Shown one piece after another: positions 63,157 to 64,000 of a DNA stretch of 64,000 nt. The DNA is from a virus. Each line of letters starts with the position of its first letter. The stretch's first letter is position 1. The DNA lies in the IMG/VR virus record IMGVR_UViG_3300042389_001478, positions 64,001 to 128,000 of that record; one strand, written 5' to 3'. Below the pieces are notes generated by a model. That model searched no databases. It was not told the origin of the DNA and saw only the letters and a list, made by a program, of their open reading frames with translations. The translations under genes were made by a program, and so were the position numbers.

Positions 63157-63551
63157 TATTCATTCTCTCTTTCTGCGTTGTTTAGCCATGCTATATTTTT
63201 CGTATTAAGAAATTCCATATAAAACCCAAATACTTTGGCATTAACTTCTTTGAATTTACTATTGGATCTACAAACTTTATTTATGAATATGTTATCGTGT
63301 TCTTTGTCGTATATCGAAAAAGGATTTAAAAATTTCCCGTTATTACCAAGTCTTATAACATATTTAATAGATCCGTTCTTCCGAATATTCTTTTTTGCTA
63401 ATACTGATTCTCCATCGACCTCGGATCTTGAAAACCCGTTTTGATCAGTAAAGTCAGCTTTATCAGCAGTGGTAAAAAATTCAGTATCTAAAGTTTCCTC
63501 TTTTTCAGTATTGCTAAAAAGACTTTTGGGGTTGTATATGAATTCACTCAT
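63156..63551 (-). CDS. Hypothetical protein, 131 aa
   Basis: TAATG overlaps at both ends; tiles the operon. Confidence 0.75.
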   Translation of the reverse strand: MSEFIYNPKSLFSNTEKEETLDTEFFTTADKADFTDQNGFSRSEVDGESVLAKKNIRKNGSIKYVIRLGNNGKFLNPFSIYDKEHDNIFINKVCRSNSKFKEVNAKVFGFYMEFLNTKNIAWLNNAERENE

Positions 63552-63904
63552 TATTTAGTCCATTTGATTTTAGTTTTTGATTTTTTAAGTCTAGACATTC
63601 CACTAGGAAGTTCTTTATTTGATTGTGTTTCTTTATAGTCGTTATGCTTATTGCTTAGTTCAATTCTCTGGTCATTGCTCATTTTGTCTCTATTTCTATT
63701 AGCGATATCTCCAATAGTAGAAAGCTCATTGTCGCTCTTCCTTACGGACGTATATAAAGAGCTAACGTCTTCTATATAGGCTCTTCTCGTATGTTTTGAG
63801 CTATGACACTCAGAGCATTCCATCTCCTCTTTATAATCCTTAATACTACAAAAGATCTCAAATTTGATCTTGCACTTATCGCAAAAATATGAATATGATG
63901 GCAT
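63551..63904 (-). CDS. FmdB-family zinc-ribbon protein
   Basis: MPSYSYFCDKCKIKFE...ECSECHS; start moved to ATG 63904, which overlaps the upstream TAA (TAATG). Confidence 0.85.
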   Translation of the reverse strand: MPSYSYFCDKCKIKFEIFCSIKDYKEEMECSECHSSKHTRRAYIEDVSSLYTSVRKSDNELSTIGDIANRNRDKMSNDQRIELSNKHNDYKETQSNKELPSGMSRLKKSKTKIKWTK

Positions 63905-63999
63905 TATAGATATGATTCCGGCAAATAAACCGACCACTCCAATGGTATGTCTGACCTTATCCTAAGAAGCATGTGTGTTATTGGCAAGTACTTTGGACT
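63904..63999 (-). CDS. 3' end of a truncated gene (possibly HNH endonuclease C-terminus)
   Basis: Open frame SPKYLPITHMLLRIRSDIPLEWSVYLPESYL* ending in TAATG; IPxEWxxYL resembles tails of phage HNH proteins. Confidence 0.45.
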   Translation of the reverse strand, partial: SPKYLPITHMLLRIRSDIPLEWSVYLPESYL

Positions 64000-64000
64000 C

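Noticed and set aside
1-64000. Stop-codon reassignment (e.g. TAG to Gln), as seen in some large phages
   Set aside because: Code-11 ORFs tile the window almost completely, including a 20.7-kb ORF, and genes end naturally at TAA, TGA and TAG.
1-64000. tRNA, rRNA or other structured ncRNA genes
   Set aside because: Intergenic gaps are under ~90 nt and showed only terminator-like hairpins; no cloverleaf was recognised by eye (tRNAscan/Infernal not run).

Overview
Gene-dense segment of a large, AT-rich, probably tailed (Caudoviricetes) phage genome, standard genetic code 11. The + strand (1-41.6 kb) is a tail module: a 5'-truncated chaperone-position gene, a 6,899-aa tape measure protein (TMP) and four to five large tail/baseplate genes. 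The - strand (41.6-64 kb) is a replication/recombination operon: RecA, DnaB, DnaG, dNMP kinase, Cas4/RecB-like nuclease, a Pol III alpha gene split in two around an epsilon-like exonuclease, and SSB. It continues into a seven-gene glycosyltransferase cluster, a homing-endonuclease-like gene, a Rad52-like annealase and a YfaP-like membrane protein. The standout is the TMP. A canonical tape-measure scaffold is interrupted by cassettes bounded by a recurring GG-x-[VI] / GTDTVPAMLTPGEFVVN linker. The cassettes carry motifs of a PD-(D/E)xK nuclease, a protein-kinase-like domain, a HAD phosphatase, a second nuclease-like domain and an ADP-ribosyltransferase, plus several unassigned modules, and I found no cysteine in the whole protein. 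This suggests a virion-delivered multi-effector polyprotein. All domain calls are by-eye motif recognition, not database hits. No tRNA, rRNA, CRISPR array, intein or reverse transcriptase was seen.
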